64,000 nucleotides of DNA from Octopus vulgaris (Eukaryota). The notes under the pieces are model-generated. The model saw nothing but the letters and a program-made list of their open reading frames with translations. It had not been told where the DNA came from and searched no databases. Both the position numbers and the translations under genes were made by a program. Location of the stretch: the NCBI GenBank assembly GCA_951406725.2, contig OX597830.1:78244001-78308000 (forward strand), read 5' to 3'. Positions within the stretch are counted from its first letter, which is position 1; each line of letters starts with the position of its first letter. Below, in pieces: positions 28,927 to 43,353 of this stretch.

Positions 28927-29908
28927 TATGCATGTGTGTTTGTGTGCATGTGTGTGTTTATATGTGGGTGTGTGAGTACGTCTTTGTATACGTGTGTTTT
29001 CCCTCACCACTACAACCACCACCACCACCACTTGACAACGATTTAAAAACACGATAAAATCGGTACCAGGCTTAAAAAATCAATAAGGTGATTGAGGTAA
29101 ATTCGTTCGATTAAATTTTTTTTTAAGGCGAAACCCCAGTATGGGCGCAGTCTCAATGACTGAAACAGCTATGAAACGAGATATGCATATCTGAGAATGA
29201 TGGGCGCGCGCATGCGCTTGTGTGTGTGTGTATGTGTGCATGGGTGTGTGTGTGCGTGTGTGTGCGTGTGTGTGTGTGTGTGGCTAGAATGCTGTTTAAC
29301 ACAACGATCGATGCCACTGAACATATATCTATTGTAGCGTTGTTCTTTTATTACCAACCCCTTTAAGAAGATTTTTAGAAAAAGACACGTTCTTCGTTGT
29401 AACAACACAACGGAAGACCGTAGTATAACACACACCCCCACACTCACCGATAAACACACGAACACACACACACTCACAGACACACACACACACACGCTTT
29501 CCCGCGTACACATGCATACAAACGTATTAATATAGATAGATGATGAAGTATACATATATATAACGTGTGCATACTTACATACATACATACATACATACGA
29601 ATACACACACACACATATATATACACACGCACACGGAATGCATTCGTGTTGTGTGTTGACATGCATAGGCATCGCGCGTGCATGTGTGTATTTCTAGGTA
29701 TATATAAATATGTGTACGTGTGAGTCTGTGTATGTATGTGTGTATATACATAACACCCGCTCTCACGCTTCCTCTCTTTCTCTCTCTCTATCTCACACGT
29801 TCACTTTCTCGCCTTCTTATCTGTCCCTTTCTCTCTCGCCCCTTCTCTCTCTCCCTTTTTATATATGTGTCTCTCGATCCATATATGTATGTACATATAT
29901 GTGTGTGT

Positions 29909-30290
29909 GGAGGCGCAATGGCCCAGTGGTTAGGGCAGCGGACTCGCAGTCATAGGATCGCGGTTTCGATTCCCAGACCGGGCGTTGTGAGTGTTTATTG
30001 AGCGAAAACACCTAAAGCTCCACGAGGCTCCGGCAGGGATGGTGGTCATCCCTGCTTACTCTTTCACCACAGCTTTCTCTCACTCTTACTTCATGTTTCT
30101 GCTGTACCTGTATTTCAAAGAGCCGGCCTTGTCAATCTCTGTGTCACGCTGAATCTCCCCGAGAACTACGTTAAGGGTATGCGTGTCTGTGGAGTACTCA
30201 GCCACTTACACGTTAATTTCACGAGCAGGCTGTTCCGTTTATTCAGATCAGCCGGAACCCTCGTCGTCGTATCCGACGGAGTGCTACCAC
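29909..30290 (+). mobile_element. SINE family C with a well-preserved tRNA head
   Basis: A-box TGGCCCAGTGG, B-box GGTTTCGATTCC, then CACCTAAAGCTCCACGAGGCTCCGG; ends in (CA)n. Confidence 0.8.
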
Positions 30291-30736
30291 ACACATATGT
30301 GTGTGTGTTTATGTGCATGTGCGTGTGTGTGCATATATATATATATCTTTACACTTTTACTCTTTTATTTGTTTCAGTCATTTGGCTGTGGCCATGCAAG
30401 AGCAAGCCTTTAGTCGAGCAATTCTTTATTGCCCACAAGGGCTAAACATAGAGGGGACAAACAAGGACAGACATAGGTATTAAGTCGATTATATCGACCC
30501 CAGTGCGTAACTGGTACATAATTTATCGACCCCGAAAGGATGAAAGGCAAAGTCGTCCTCAGCGGAATTTGAACTCGGAACGTATCGACAGACGAAATAC
30601 GGATACGCATTTCGCCCGGCGTGCTAGCGTTTCTGCCAGCTCGTCATCATATGTGGTCAATTGTTGAGCACTTATGGTGAAAGATACCGCGTTAAGACTA
30701 ATTACGTTGTAGCGTGTGAGGTAAGTTTGTGGCCTG

Positions 30737-30771
<35 letters not shown>

Positions 30772-30773
<2 letters not shown>

Positions 30774-30927
30774 CGCAGGAGTGTGGTAAGAATCTTTCTT
30801 CCCAACCACATGGTTCCGGGTTCAGCCTCACTGCGTGGAACCTTCAGCAGGTGTCTTCTACTATAGCCTTGAACCGACCAAAGCTTGGTGAGTGGATTTG
30901 GTTGATGGAAACTGAAAGAAGGCCGTC

Positions 30928-30970
<43 letters not shown>

Positions 30971-31249
30971 AATATATGTATATGTTTATGTATCTGTGTT
31001 TGTCCACCTAGCGTCACTTGACAACCGAAGTTGGGGTCGTAAATTTGCGGTTGGGCAAAAGTGACCGATAGAATAAATACTGGGATTACAAAGAATAAGT
31101 CCTGGCGTCGACTTCTTCGACTAAAGGAGGTGCTGCAGCATTGCCGCAATCAAATTACTGAAACAAATAAAAAATATATTATATATGTACATGTGCTTAT
31201 ATATATGAGTGTGTGTGTGTCTCTGTGCATTTTTATATATATATACACT

Positions 31250-31303
<54 letters not shown>

Positions 31304-31643
31304 TGTGTGGTAAATGGCTTCCGTAGCAGCCACATGATTCCGAGGTCTTATTCCACTATTTAACACATTGGACAAGTGTCTTCTACTATAGCCTCGGGTC
31401 GACCAAAGCCTTGTGAGTGGATTGGGTAGACGGAAACTGAAAGAAGCCTGTCGTATATATACATATACATGTGTGTATGTATGTTTGTATGTCTGTGTTT
31501 GTCCTCTCCCCACCGCTTAAAAACCAATGTTGGTATGTTTACGTTCCCGTAATTTAGCAGTAATTTAGCAGTCCTAGGATCGATTTGTTCGACCAAATAC
31601 GTGCTCCAGCATGGCCGCAGTCAAATACCTGAAACAAACAAAA

Positions 31644-31645
<2 letters not shown>
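30772..31645 (+). mobile_element. Two SINE family B copies
   Basis: Heads at 30772 and 31301; same body as 19107. Confidence 0.75.
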
Positions 31646-31687
<42 letters not shown>

Positions 31688-31724
31688 ATACTTACTTGTA
31701 AATGGATGCGTGGCGTTCAATTAA

Positions 31725-32140
<416 letters not shown>

Positions 32141-32351
32141 ACAACAATAGTATATCATTATTATATAGATAGATGATATATATATATGCGTATATAGAGA
32201 GAGATTGTAGGAGGAGATAGATAGATTTCAGTTGCCCGAAGCTCTCGGTCCTTGAGTCACTCAGTAACTTCTGATAATTAATAAAATATATATATCCTCG
32301 CTTTTGCAGCACCAGTCCTATACGCAGACACACAGACTCACAAACACACAC

Positions 32352-32392
<41 letters not shown>

Positions 32393-32489
32393 CATATGTG
32401 TTCATGTGTATGTATATATATATATACATACATATATACATATATACATTCTGTGTGCGTGTGAGAGAATGTTTGTTTGTATGTTTGTG

Positions 32490-32558
<69 letters not shown>

Positions 32559-33136
32559 CTGTGTGTGTCTGAATGTTTACTCTATATCAGGCCACAAACT
32601 TACCTCACACGCTACAACGTAATTAGTCTTAGCGCGGTATCTTTCACCATAAGTGCTCAACAATTGACCACATAAATTATTTATCGTTTGTGTGCGTGTA
32701 TGTGCATGTTTGTGCAACTGTTACCGTTTGCGCCTGCCTCTGTCTATGTGTATTCATGTAATTCTGTGCATTTATGCATGAGCGGCTGCATGATTAAAAT
32801 TTCTCTTCCTCATACTCAAGTTTTTGCGTTCGTTCCCACTGCGCCGCATTTGAACCTTTATTCATTTTCTGTAACATTATGAGAACCACAGATATTTGTG
32901 GTCTTCACACACTCTTTAATGCAGATGTTGCATGAGAATTTCCTGCATCATATACGTGTGCGTGTAATACTCAACCACTCGTATTAATTTACAAGGTCCA
33001 TGATACACGTAATTAAAAAAAGTTCAGTCATATTGTTTATACCACGTTATCTAGCTCTGAGGATTGTATTGAGGTTAGACGTAATATTTAGCCGCTTATA
33101 ATGTAATTCCATACTCTGAAAGAACCCGTTGTCTTT

Positions 33137-33467
33137 ATCATCATCATCATCGTTTAACGTCCGCTTTCCGTGCTAGCATGGGTTGGACGTATGACTGAGG
33201 GCTGGCAAACCAGATGGCTGCACCAGGCTTCAATCTTGATCTGGCAGAGTTTCTACAGCTGGATGCCCTCCCTAATGCCAACCACTCCGAGAGTGCAGTA
33301 GGTGCTTTTACGTGCCACCGGCACGGGACCAGTCAGGCGGCACGGCACCTCGCTCGAATCTTTTACACATGTCACCGGCGCGGGTGCTAGTAAGGCGATG
33401 CTGGTAACGATCACGCTCGAATGGTGTTTATTACGTGCCTCCGGCACGGAGGCCAGATAGCCGCTCT
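33137..33467 (-). mobile_element. Probable LINE/SINE 3' end with (GAT)n tail
   Basis: On - strand it ends CCAACCCATGCTAGCACGGAAAGCGGACGTTAAACGATGATGATG, resembling RTE-type 3' tails. Confidence 0.5.
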
Positions 33468-33499
<32 letters not shown>

Positions 33500-33699
33500 C
33501 ACATTTATGATTAATGTGTGTGTGTCTGTGTGTCAGTGTTTGTCCCCCACAACCATCACGTAATTTAGTACTAGATTTACAAAGAATAAATCCCTGGGTC
33601 GATTTCTTCGACTAAAACCCTTTAAGGCGGTGCTCCAGCATGGCTGCAATCAAATGAGTGAAACAAATAAAAGAATAAAAGAATAATAAACACACACAT

Positions 33700-34887
33700 A
33701 TAAAGGCTGCGAGGAATAAATTGTCGTCTAAATTACGCGAAATTGAAAATAACACTGACATCTCATTTTACATACAAGCTGCGATGGGTAAATTATCGTC
33801 ATTTTATACTTTTGATTTTGTTCATGCACGTTGTTTTCGATTTTGTCGCCTACACAGTATAGTAGCGCTAGTTGGGCACCGTCTGTGAGGAAAACAGCAC
33901 CATGACGCAATTTACTCAACCAGAAATTTGGAAAGACATGCTGTACTGCTTGGCAATCTCGTCGGAAGCTCCAATACGAACATTTCAGAGTGTTTGGGTG
34001 TCAATACCGACATGCATACATGCACACCTTCCAAAGACAGGTGCTCCTATAAATTCTGTCACGTTTTTGTTCCCAACTTTAACCCTCCATAAGTCCTAAA
34101 TTTTACTTAAGAATATATGGGAGCAACTGTTTTTGGAGACTAATATCGTCGTTGAATGCTCGAAATGAGGGAATAGATACACAGCCGACAACTGATGAAG
34201 GGTCCTTTTTGGAAACATGCTGTACTGCTTGGCATTCACGCCGGAAGTTCCATTACGAACATGTACCGATACGAATATGAACCGAGAGTGATGAAAATCA
34301 AATATCCAGTCAACATCGTGGTGTTTGGAATGAATCACTAGTGGCGGTGACGTTGTGCCTCTAGTCATCCTCCATCATGGCCCCGGACTCAACACGGAGG
34401 CCTACATCAAATTGCTGGAGGCGGTCAAAAGGGTGGCTGCTGGAAGACCCTATGTTTGACAACAGGACTTTGCACCATGCCACACAAGCAGGAGAAGTCA
34501 CTCATGGCTGTCAGACAATTTCTGCGACCACATCACCCCTAACATTTGACCACCTAACTCCCCAGACTGCAACCCTCATCATTATTGTATGTGGGGCGCA
34601 GTTGAGCGAGAGATCAACAAAACTTGTAACACCAAACATGAACTGAAGGCAAGGATTATGGCAGAATTCACCAATTTAAACAAGGAGACCATCCAAAACA
34701 TTTGCAGGAGATTTCGTAGTCGTCTGGAGGCTGGGGTTGGAGGCAATGGCGATTTTATAGAATAAATATACTCTTTAGTATTTTAAAGGTATTTTTAAGT
34801 AATTTGGGTAAATATATTTGTTAAAATGAGATGTCTGTTTTATTTTCATTTCTGCGTAATTTAGACGACGGTTTATTCATGGCACCT

Positions 34888-34890
<3 letters not shown>
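33700..34890 (+). mobile_element. Decayed Tc1/mariner-superfamily element, maT/DD37D-like, with ~70-bp TIRs
   Basis: GTCGTCTAAATTACGC...GACATCTCATTTT at 33723-33769 is inverted at 34823-34870. TA flanks. Degenerate QQDxAPCH (~34459) and PPNSPDCNP (~34549) motifs. Confidence 0.75.
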
Positions 34891-34953
<63 letters not shown>

Positions 34954-34984
34954 TACATACTATACATACACACACACGCACACA

Positions 34985-35330
34985 TTCTGAGACCCCCTTC
35001 TGTCATGACGGACCATGGGATTGCACCTAGAAAGTTACCCTCCCAGGCACAAGTCCGGGCAAGATTGCTTTTTATGGAAGACCAGCAGTTGCCCATGCAT
35101 ACCAGCCTCCCCTCTCCACACCACTGATGTTAGCCAAGGAAAAGGCAAAGGGGCCGATACAGCTTGGCACCTGTGATTGTCGCGACTCATTTCTACAGCT
35201 GAGTGAACTGGAGCAACTTGAAACAAAGTGTCTTGCTCAAGAATACAACACGCAGCCCGGTCCGAGATTCGAACTTACAACCTCATGTTCGCAAGCTCGA
35301 CGCTCTAACCACTGAGCCATGCGCCTTCAC
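34985..35330 (-). mobile_element. tRNA-derived SINE related to family D with a different tail
   Basis: On - strand: TGGCTCAGTGG, AGTTCGAATCT, TCTTGAGCAAGACACTTTGTTTCAAGTTGCTCCAG. Confidence 0.65.
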
Positions 35331-35944
35331 ACACACACACACAGAGTGACAGAGAAAGAGACAGAGACACAGAACGAAGACGCATTATCAACGATTTAAT
35401 TAGCTTACACATGTTTCGAATAGCCTGACACAATGCAAATATGGCATGTTGCAGTATGTTGCAGTATATATATTCTATCGACCTGCAAATATGCTTTTTA
35501 ACTAAGAAAAATAGAGCTTGGCAGCTAGTTACTCTGCAATTTTGGCAAATTTATCGACCAATGAAGAACCGATAAAATATACAAACTACAATGCGTAGTG
35601 CATGCAATGTATCTGACTATTTGATACACATGCAAGCTGAATTAATCGTTGATTATGTATCTTCATTTCTATGGGAATTTTTGAACGATTTTTTTTTTTC
35701 ATTTTTTCTAATGTATCCTGTAATAAATCGAAAATAATCAATGTTCTACCATGGATTCACAAATTGTATCTGTTACAAGAAACAAATAACGACGCATCCG
35801 TATTGTCATAATACTATTGGGACAATTTAATTAATCGCCTGGATTTACCTGATCCCTAGTCTTTTCATTATGTGTGTGTGTGTGTGTGTGTGTATGTGTG
35901 TGTGTGTGTGTACGTGTGTGCTTACACTGACTCTTTTTTTACTC

Positions 35945-36339
35945 TTTACCTTTTTACTTGTTTCAGTCATTTGACTGTGGCCATGCTGGAGCACCGCCTT
36001 TAGTCGAGCACATCGACCCCAAGACTTATTATTTATAAGCCTAGTATTTATTCAATCGGTCTCTTTTGCTGAAGCGCTAAGTTATGGGGACGTAAACACG
36101 CCACCATCGGTTGTCATGCGATGTCGGGGCAACAATAACAGACACACAAACATATAAACCCATATAAATATACATATATATATACATATATACGACGGGC
36201 TTCTTTCAGTTTCCGTCTACCAAATCCACTCACGAGGCTATAGTAGAAGACACTCGTCCAAGGTGCCACGCAGTGGGACTGAACCCAAAACCATGTAGTT
36301 CGTAAGCAAGCTACTTACCACACAGCCACTCCTACGCCT
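35945..36339 (-). mobile_element. SINE family B
   Basis: Reverse complement of 19107-19510. Confidence 0.8.
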
Positions 36340-36580
36340 ATGTAATTTCATTTTTATTTTGCAAGATTCTTGATGCGATAACAAGTGTTCTGACAGATGT
36401 TTTATTGGCGGGTAGCTGGGTGGCTGGATGGCGTTTTGCCATTTTTTGTAAGGACATGTCAATGATGTGGTCAAGAATTGTCAAGTAAAGGCTTCTGACA
36501 AAACAGCTGACTGACTGATCGTTCGAACGATTAATCAAGCTGTTGGTCACTTAATTCGCTAATTGGTTAACGATTTGAAA

Positions 36581-36721
<141 letters not shown>

Positions 36722-36884
36722 AGGAAAGAAAAACCTACAGTTCATGAAGAAGAAGAAGAAGAAGAAGAAGAAGAAGAAGAAGAAGAAGAAGAAGAAGAGA
36801 AATGAATATAGTACGTTTCTAACTTGTAAAACGATCCTTCAAAGATACGTCGTGTGTGTGTAGAGAGAGAGAGAGAGAGTGTGT

Positions 36885-36928
<44 letters not shown>

Positions 36929-37196
36929 TGGGGTAGGTAAAATGTCACAAATGGAACGAAGGGAGTAAAATATGGAAAACGTGACAAGTTACAGCAGGTA
37001 GACAGAAATTCGAAAAGCGATGGACAAAATGTAAGCATACAAAATTTTTTTTTAATACAGTGACTAGTAGCACGCTGAAAAAAAAGAAAAAGAAAGGCTA
37101 AAAAGAATGACGTTTCGGGTTAAACCTTTATCAAATGAGGACAAGTAAGAACTATACCTATTTGAATGAAACACTATTTATTTTCAGATCATTAAA

Positions 37197-37462
37197 ATGG
37201 AATGTCAAGTTAAGAAAAACGAGCATTTTCGACTACTCCTTCTTTTTGCTTTTAATCAAGGTTCTAAGGCCGCAAAAGCTGCTTGCGACATTTGTGCAGT
37301 GTATGGAGAGGGTGCCATAGTTGAAAGAACCGCTTGCGATTGGTATGCCAAGTTTAAAAAATGCAACTTTTGACCACAAAGACGCACCTCGTTCTGGCCG
37401 TCCAGCTGAGTTCGATGAAGAGCGATTAAACCAACTTTTGCACGGAAATTCTCGTCAAACAT
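37197..37462 (+). mobile_element. Mariner transposase N-terminal fragment with frameshift/stop
   Basis: MECQVKKNEHFRLLLLFAFNQGSKAAKAACDICAVYGEGAIVERTACDWYAKFK, then SGRP..FDEERL. Confidence 0.8.
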
Positions 37463-37869
37463 TATAACGGGGGAAGCCGGTTTATAGGGTTACCCTGGGT
37501 TTCTCGTCCATAAGGTTTCCCTCATTATAATAACAACTATTCTACATCTTAGAGTGTGCCTCTCCGGATGTATGTTTTCCCACAAGCGATATATATATAG
37601 TGAGAGAGGGGGAGAGGGGGAATTAAGTGTAAGGATAAGCAAGTTAGACAAATCGATATATTAAAAAAATATTAAATACATTAAATACAAAACGAATCAC
37701 CCCGTACATGAAAGAGAACGGTGGATATCGATATTTCGCTGGTATTTTAGCACATCAGCATTATATACCTGAATCATCCATTGAAACGAATTCAAATCAC
37801 TTTGCAAATAGCGTAAAATCTATCCACTGATGTGCAATTGCCTTAAAATTATTATTTAATAATACTCCT

Positions 37870-38522
37870 TTCTACTATAATCACAGGGCCCGGAATTTGA
37901 GGGAACGGTGATATTTGATCACATCGATACAGCACATGGTTGGTATTTGATTTATCGACCCCCGAAAAGGGGATAGGTAGAGTTGACCTTGGCAGAATTT
38001 GAAATCGGAACGAAGCGACAGACGAAATACAGCTAAGCATTTCGTCCGGCGCGCTAACGATTCTGCCAACTTGACGCCTTGAAATTATTACTTAATAATA
38101 ATTATTTTAATAATAATAATAATAATCTTTTCTACTAAAGGCACAAGGCCTGAAGTTTTGGGGGAGAGGTTTCGTCGATTACATGGACCCTAGTGCGTAA
38201 CTGGTACTTAATTTATCGACCCCGAAAGGATGAAAGGCAAAGTCGACCTCGGCGGAATTTGAACTCAGAACGTATCGGCAGACGAAACGCCTGTTTCTTT
38301 ACTACCCACAAGGGGCTAAACATAGAGGGGACAAACAAGGACAGACAAACGGATTAAGTCGATTACATCGACCCCGGTGCGTAACTGTTACTTATTTAAT
38401 CGACCCCGAAAGGATGAATGGCAAAGTCGACCTCGGCGAAATTTGAACTCAGAACGTAACGGCGGACGAAATACGGCTACGCATTTCGCCCGGCGGGCTA
38501 ACGATTCTGCCAGCTCGCCGCC
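37870..38522 (-). mobile_element. SINE family A cluster
   Basis: Three reverse-complement modules. Confidence 0.8.
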
Positions 38523-38604
<82 letters not shown>

Positions 38605-38699
38605 CCGTACTTGCCACAAGAGATGCATAAATACAAAAATCTAAACTAGTCAGCGAAGAACCAGAAAGACCTATATTTAATGACATACCACTCCGCCCT

Positions 38700-39673
38700 T
38701 AATTACACCTATCAATACGAACTACTTACGGTGACAGTGATATATCCCTCCTCCACCAATACTACGCTTAACCTCCCCCTATCTCTCGTTCTCTCCTTCC
38801 TCCTTTCCTCCCTCTGTCAGGCTTGCGTTGAACACTCCTCCTACTTCAGTCTTTCTTTAGTCTACCTCCCTCTTACACTCACTTTAAGCATCTGCCTGTC
38901 ACCCCATCTTGCACTTTCTTTTTTCCCTCTCACGGTCTATCTATCTATCTATTTGTGTGTCTGTCTCTCTATCAATATCTTTTAACCCCTTTTTTCTTCA
39001 AATTTCTTTATTTATCAATCGATCACTCCTCATTTCTTTCATTATGCCTTGCTTTCATTTCGCATACTCTCTTTATCCTCCTCTCCATTCTTCTTCTCCT
39101 TTTCTCTCCCTTCTTTTTCTCCTTTTCTCTTCCTTCTACCGTTCTCTAACTCTTTCATTTTGTATCCCCTCTTTATCATCCTCTCCCTTCTTCTCCTTTT
39201 CTCTCCCTTCTTTTTCTCCTTTTCTCTCCCTTCTACCGTTCTCTAACTCTTTCATTTTGTATCCCCTCTTTATCCTCCTCTCCCTTCTTCTCCTTTTCTC
39301 TCCCTTCTACCATTCTCTAACCCTACTACCCTCTCGTCATATTTTCAATCTCACACATTTTCTTATATTTTTCTTTTTTTACCTTCTCTTTTCTTTCCTC
39401 TCCCACTCTCTTTCCTCCAATCTTTCTCCCTTTCATCGTGCAGTTCTCCTTCTCTCCCACACTATCTCCACCACTTCGTTTTCTTTTTCTCACATTAACT
39501 TCGTTTTCTTCTTACACTCACTTTAACCTTTTCTTTCACGCTTTCATTTTCTCTCTCTCTAGCATTATTTCCTTTCTCCTCGTCTTACTTCCGCCTCCCC
39601 AATTTCCTTTCTGTTTTCCTCTCTTTCTCAATAAGCCTCTCACTACTACTTTGTCCACCTCACTCCCTCTCTA

Positions 39674-39735
<62 letters not shown>

Positions 39736-39800
39736 ACTACACTTTTAATCTGTCACTTTCTCATTTATTCTCCTCCCTCACCCACTCACGCTTGGCCTCT
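38700..39800 (+). repeat. Polypyrimidine low-complexity tract with an internal ~100-bp tandem duplication
   Basis: CTACCGTTCTCTAACTCTTTCATTTTGTATCCCCTCTTTATC at ~39137 and ~39233. Confidence 0.8.
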
Positions 39801-39939
39801 AACCTTCATTCACGCTCTTTCGGAGAAATCAGCAAAACAGCCGCGACAAAAAGTTACCGAGCACACTAGAAATAGCAGTCAAATCTCCTTTAAACCACAC
39901 AATGTCAGGTTTGAAAAACGAAGGGCACGGCTAAAAGTA

Positions 39940-40397
39940 GGAATTTTTTCGGTTGGAACGGCAGTTTTTTAAAATAATTTCCACGTAACTAAACACTTTT
40001 AAACTTCGTATACTGGTAGAATGTGTTTATAAAACATCTTTTTCTCCTTGGCTTTATTGAGAAAATTCTATAGTTTGTAAGATATTTGTTGTTGTTTTTT
40101 CTTCAATTTCTGCAATTTCAACCAATCAATGACGTTTATTGAGGTGAAAATATTCTGTGCCGTATGAATATGTCCCTCGTTTAAGAAACAGATTGGGTTT
40201 ATTTACATTTGTGAAGAAGAAAAAAAAGATACCCTTCCCCCCACCCCCAACCCTAACCCTAACCCTAATTAACCCTAACTAACCCCTAAACCTAAAACAG
40301 ATTGAAATGCAATAGATCGATACTAGGGTCATAATTATGGGTGACAATTTCATATGACACCGCTAGAAAAAAACTGCCGTTCAAACCGAAAAGATCC
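39940..40397. mobile_element. MITE with ~30-bp TIRs and internal telomere-like repeats
   Basis: GGAATTTTTTCGGTTGGAACGGCAGTTTTTT and AAAAAAACTGCCGTTCAAACCGAAAAGATCC; AAAGTA on both flanks; (CCCTAA)n variants at 40251-40297. Confidence 0.75.
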
Positions 40398-40652
40398 GAA
40401 AGTAGTTCGAAGTACACTACTCGGAAAGCGGTAAAGTGGCATGGATGGAATTCCGATTTTGTTAATTGATCTATTCATTCAAGGTAGACTAAAAGCAAAA
40501 CAACAGCTATAGCAAGTTTCCCGCCATTTTTTAAATTCTCCCACTCTAGCTCACTACGCCTCTCTCTCTCTCTCTTCTGCTTTCTCCTTTTCTTACATAT
40601 TATCTTTCCTTCAACCATCCGCTTTCTCCCTTTCTTTCTTTCTGCCTGTCTG

Positions 40653-40698
<46 letters not shown>

Positions 40699-40824
40699 CT
40701 CTCTCTCTTTTTGTCTTGTGTCTTTTGTACGCTCACTGCTTTGCTTTGCTCTTACTGTCCCTCTTCCATTCACTTCGTCTTCAGCACCTCCCCAATTTCT
40801 ACCTTGTCTGAACACACACAAGCA

Positions 40825-40869
<45 letters not shown>

Positions 40870-41769
40870 CATACTCATAGACACACAAACATATATACAT
40901 ACAATACATATATATGTGTTGTCACGCACATGTATATATAAATACATACAAACTAATGCAAACACACACACACTCTCACAACATACTCATAAACACACAA
41001 ACATATATACATACAATACACACACATACACACATATATATGTGTATTCACACACATATATATATAAATACATTCAAACTAATGCAAACACACACGCACA
41101 TGCGTGTATGCTAGCATCAAATGATTGACAGATGGAAGGCGACACCCACCCTCTCGGATGTCGGCTGGCTCAATGAATTGGTAGTGGGAGGTGTAAGAAT
41201 AAGAAAACTGAGAAAGAAAAGTAGAGAGAGAGAAGAAAAATCAAAACAGAAGAGGAGAGAGAGAGAGAAAAATTAAGAAAAGAGTGAGGAGGAGGGAGTG
41301 AGAGTGGACGATTTAAAAAATATTGGAGGGACAGGGAAAAGAGGGAGAGAGATGAGAGAAAGGAGAGAGAGAGAGAAAAAAAATTAAGAAAATATCAGAC
41401 GGAGAAAGAAGTAGGAGTGAGAGAGGCAGAGTTGGAGGAAGGGGAGAGAGATGACAGCTGTCGTTTGACGTGAATTCATATGTGCGCCATTCTAAGTTTG
41501 CTGAAAATAGCAACCAAATTTACCCTGAGTCACACAATACCGCTTATAAAATAGGAATAACATGGTGGATAATACTTTTCTATGCCTTGATCTTGACTAT
41601 AAGGGTTTCCCTCATCAGTGAGCTAATATTAAAAGTGGTTGACCTACGGCTACTGAACAAAAGAGCATACATCAAACATATATAGACTTGTATGTAATAC
41701 GCGATATAGATATATATAACTTAGAAAGGTTTTGGCCAGTATTGGCCCAGGCCATGTCTAACTTAATAG

Positions 41770-42122
41770 CACCACCTGGCGAAGTCTTTCAATTCAGGAT
41801 TTGGGCATCAAGGCCCATTCGAGCAGAGAGTTATTGTTTGCGGAGACATATCCGGTTGTGGGTGGTTTGTCCGGGACTGTTTGAAGGAATTTGTCCAAAG
41901 ACTTCTTGAATTTTGTGTGGTCAGTTTCTGTTTTGACGTGTCCTGATGGTGTAATGTTAAAAAGGGCGGGACCAATTGAGGTGAAATAATTGTGCCGTAT
42001 TGTTGTCATGAGATGCGATTTAGATTTTTGCTGTGGACGGATGGCACGTGGTCCAAGCCTTGGATGTATTTTGAAGGTGATGCCAACATCATTCGGACAG
42101 TGCTGATGGAATATTTTCCATA
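41770..42122 (-). mobile_element. CR1/L2-group LINE ORF2 C-terminal fragment
   Basis: HNYFTSIGPALFNITP...FKKSLDKFLQTVPDKP...NSLLEW resembles CR1-group ORF2 ends. Confidence 0.6.
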
Positions 42123-43353
42123 ATATATATATATATTATATAAGTTCAGTAAAATTTAGATTCAGTTGATTATGGTACTTAAAGTTAAATGCACCAGAAT
42201 TTAGTATGGTATTATCCATATAATTCAAAATGGGGTGATTATGATCAAATTAAGCAACAAGGATATCCAGAGGTAATGCAGTACGATCGTTTCATGCAAC
42301 TCCATTTAATTGAACAATGCAAATATTACACCAATTAAAATTTTTTTAAATTGATGTAAACATGTATTAGTGACTGTGTTTGTGTCTCCCCACCACCGCT
42401 TGACAAGCTGTGTGGGTGTGTTATCCAGCGGTTCGGCGTAAGAGAGCGATACAATATGTACCAGGCTCTAAAGAATGTAAGTACATGTGCCGATTGGTCC
42501 GACTACAACTTTTCAAGGCGGTGCTCCAGCATGGCCTCTGTCCAATGACTGAAGCAAGTTAAAGATAAAGAGATGCGTGCGTGTGTGTGTGTGTGTGTAA
42601 CGGACATGTATCTTCTGTCTCGACAAGTAAGATATCGTCTCCGGGGATAAAAATTATTTAAAAAAGAATTTATTAAATATAAAATATATGGTTCCCTCTT
42701 CTTTATATATAACAAAGTGGAGTTGTAGGGTACCGCACGAGTGGAATTATATACGAAAGAAGGTTTGAAAATGCAATTTTAAGAGATGTTTATTTACTTT
42801 ACCGGTTTCACTCTTTGGAAAAAGATTGTCAAAAGTAACATGTAGATGTTTGGTTGCGTTATTATTATACATTCTTTGGTGACAAGAGCATGTTGAGAAT
42901 ATTGTTCAGTAAATATTGGTATACTACGTGTATACCAATATTTACTGAACATTTTTAATAATTCCTTCTGGAAATTATCTTGAGAATGTATAATATATTT
43001 GTTGTAATCTTTTGTGCCCATTATTTCAATGAGCTTGTTAAACTCTTTTATATTCTCAACATGCTCTTGTCACCAAAGAATGTATATTTATATGGATTAT
43101 AGTACTCTGTGTCAACCAATATTCTGTGCATGTTTGAATATACAGATACAATACCAATATCAATTCCTTCTGGAAACTATCTTAAGCATGTCCTTGAGAA
43201 TGATTATTTATGTAGTAATCTTTTGTGCCTAATATTTTAAGGAACTTGTTAAACTTTTTTATGTCCTTAACATGTCCTTGTTACCAAAGACTGTATTTAT
43301 GTAATGTAGCAATTTGTAACAACCAATAATTAACGCAACCAAACTTCTACATG

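Noticed and set aside
29909-29985. tRNA gene
   Set aside because: A and B boxes are present, but the sequence continues into a multicopy SINE body with no clean acceptor stem or terminator.
34185-34230. Hammerhead CTGATGA...GAAACATGCTGTA
   Set aside because: No helix I pairing; the GAAA half comes from the flanking transposon duplication.
37105-37140. Minus-strand hammerhead TTGATAA-AGGTTTAACCC-GAAA-CG-TC
   Set aside because: Core-like with U3-A8, but helix I is only 2 bp; a remnant at best.
37720-37762. Minus-strand hammerhead CTGATGT-GCT...AGC-GAAA-TATCGATA-TC
   Set aside because: A9 is mutated and helix I is only 2 bp; too decayed to call.
38909-39869. 205-aa and 143-aa hydrophobic ORFs as membrane proteins
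   Set aside because: They arise from a stop-poor polypyrimidine tract.
40251-40297. True telomere or fusion scar
   Set aside because: Only a few degenerate repeats, inside a TIR-bounded element.
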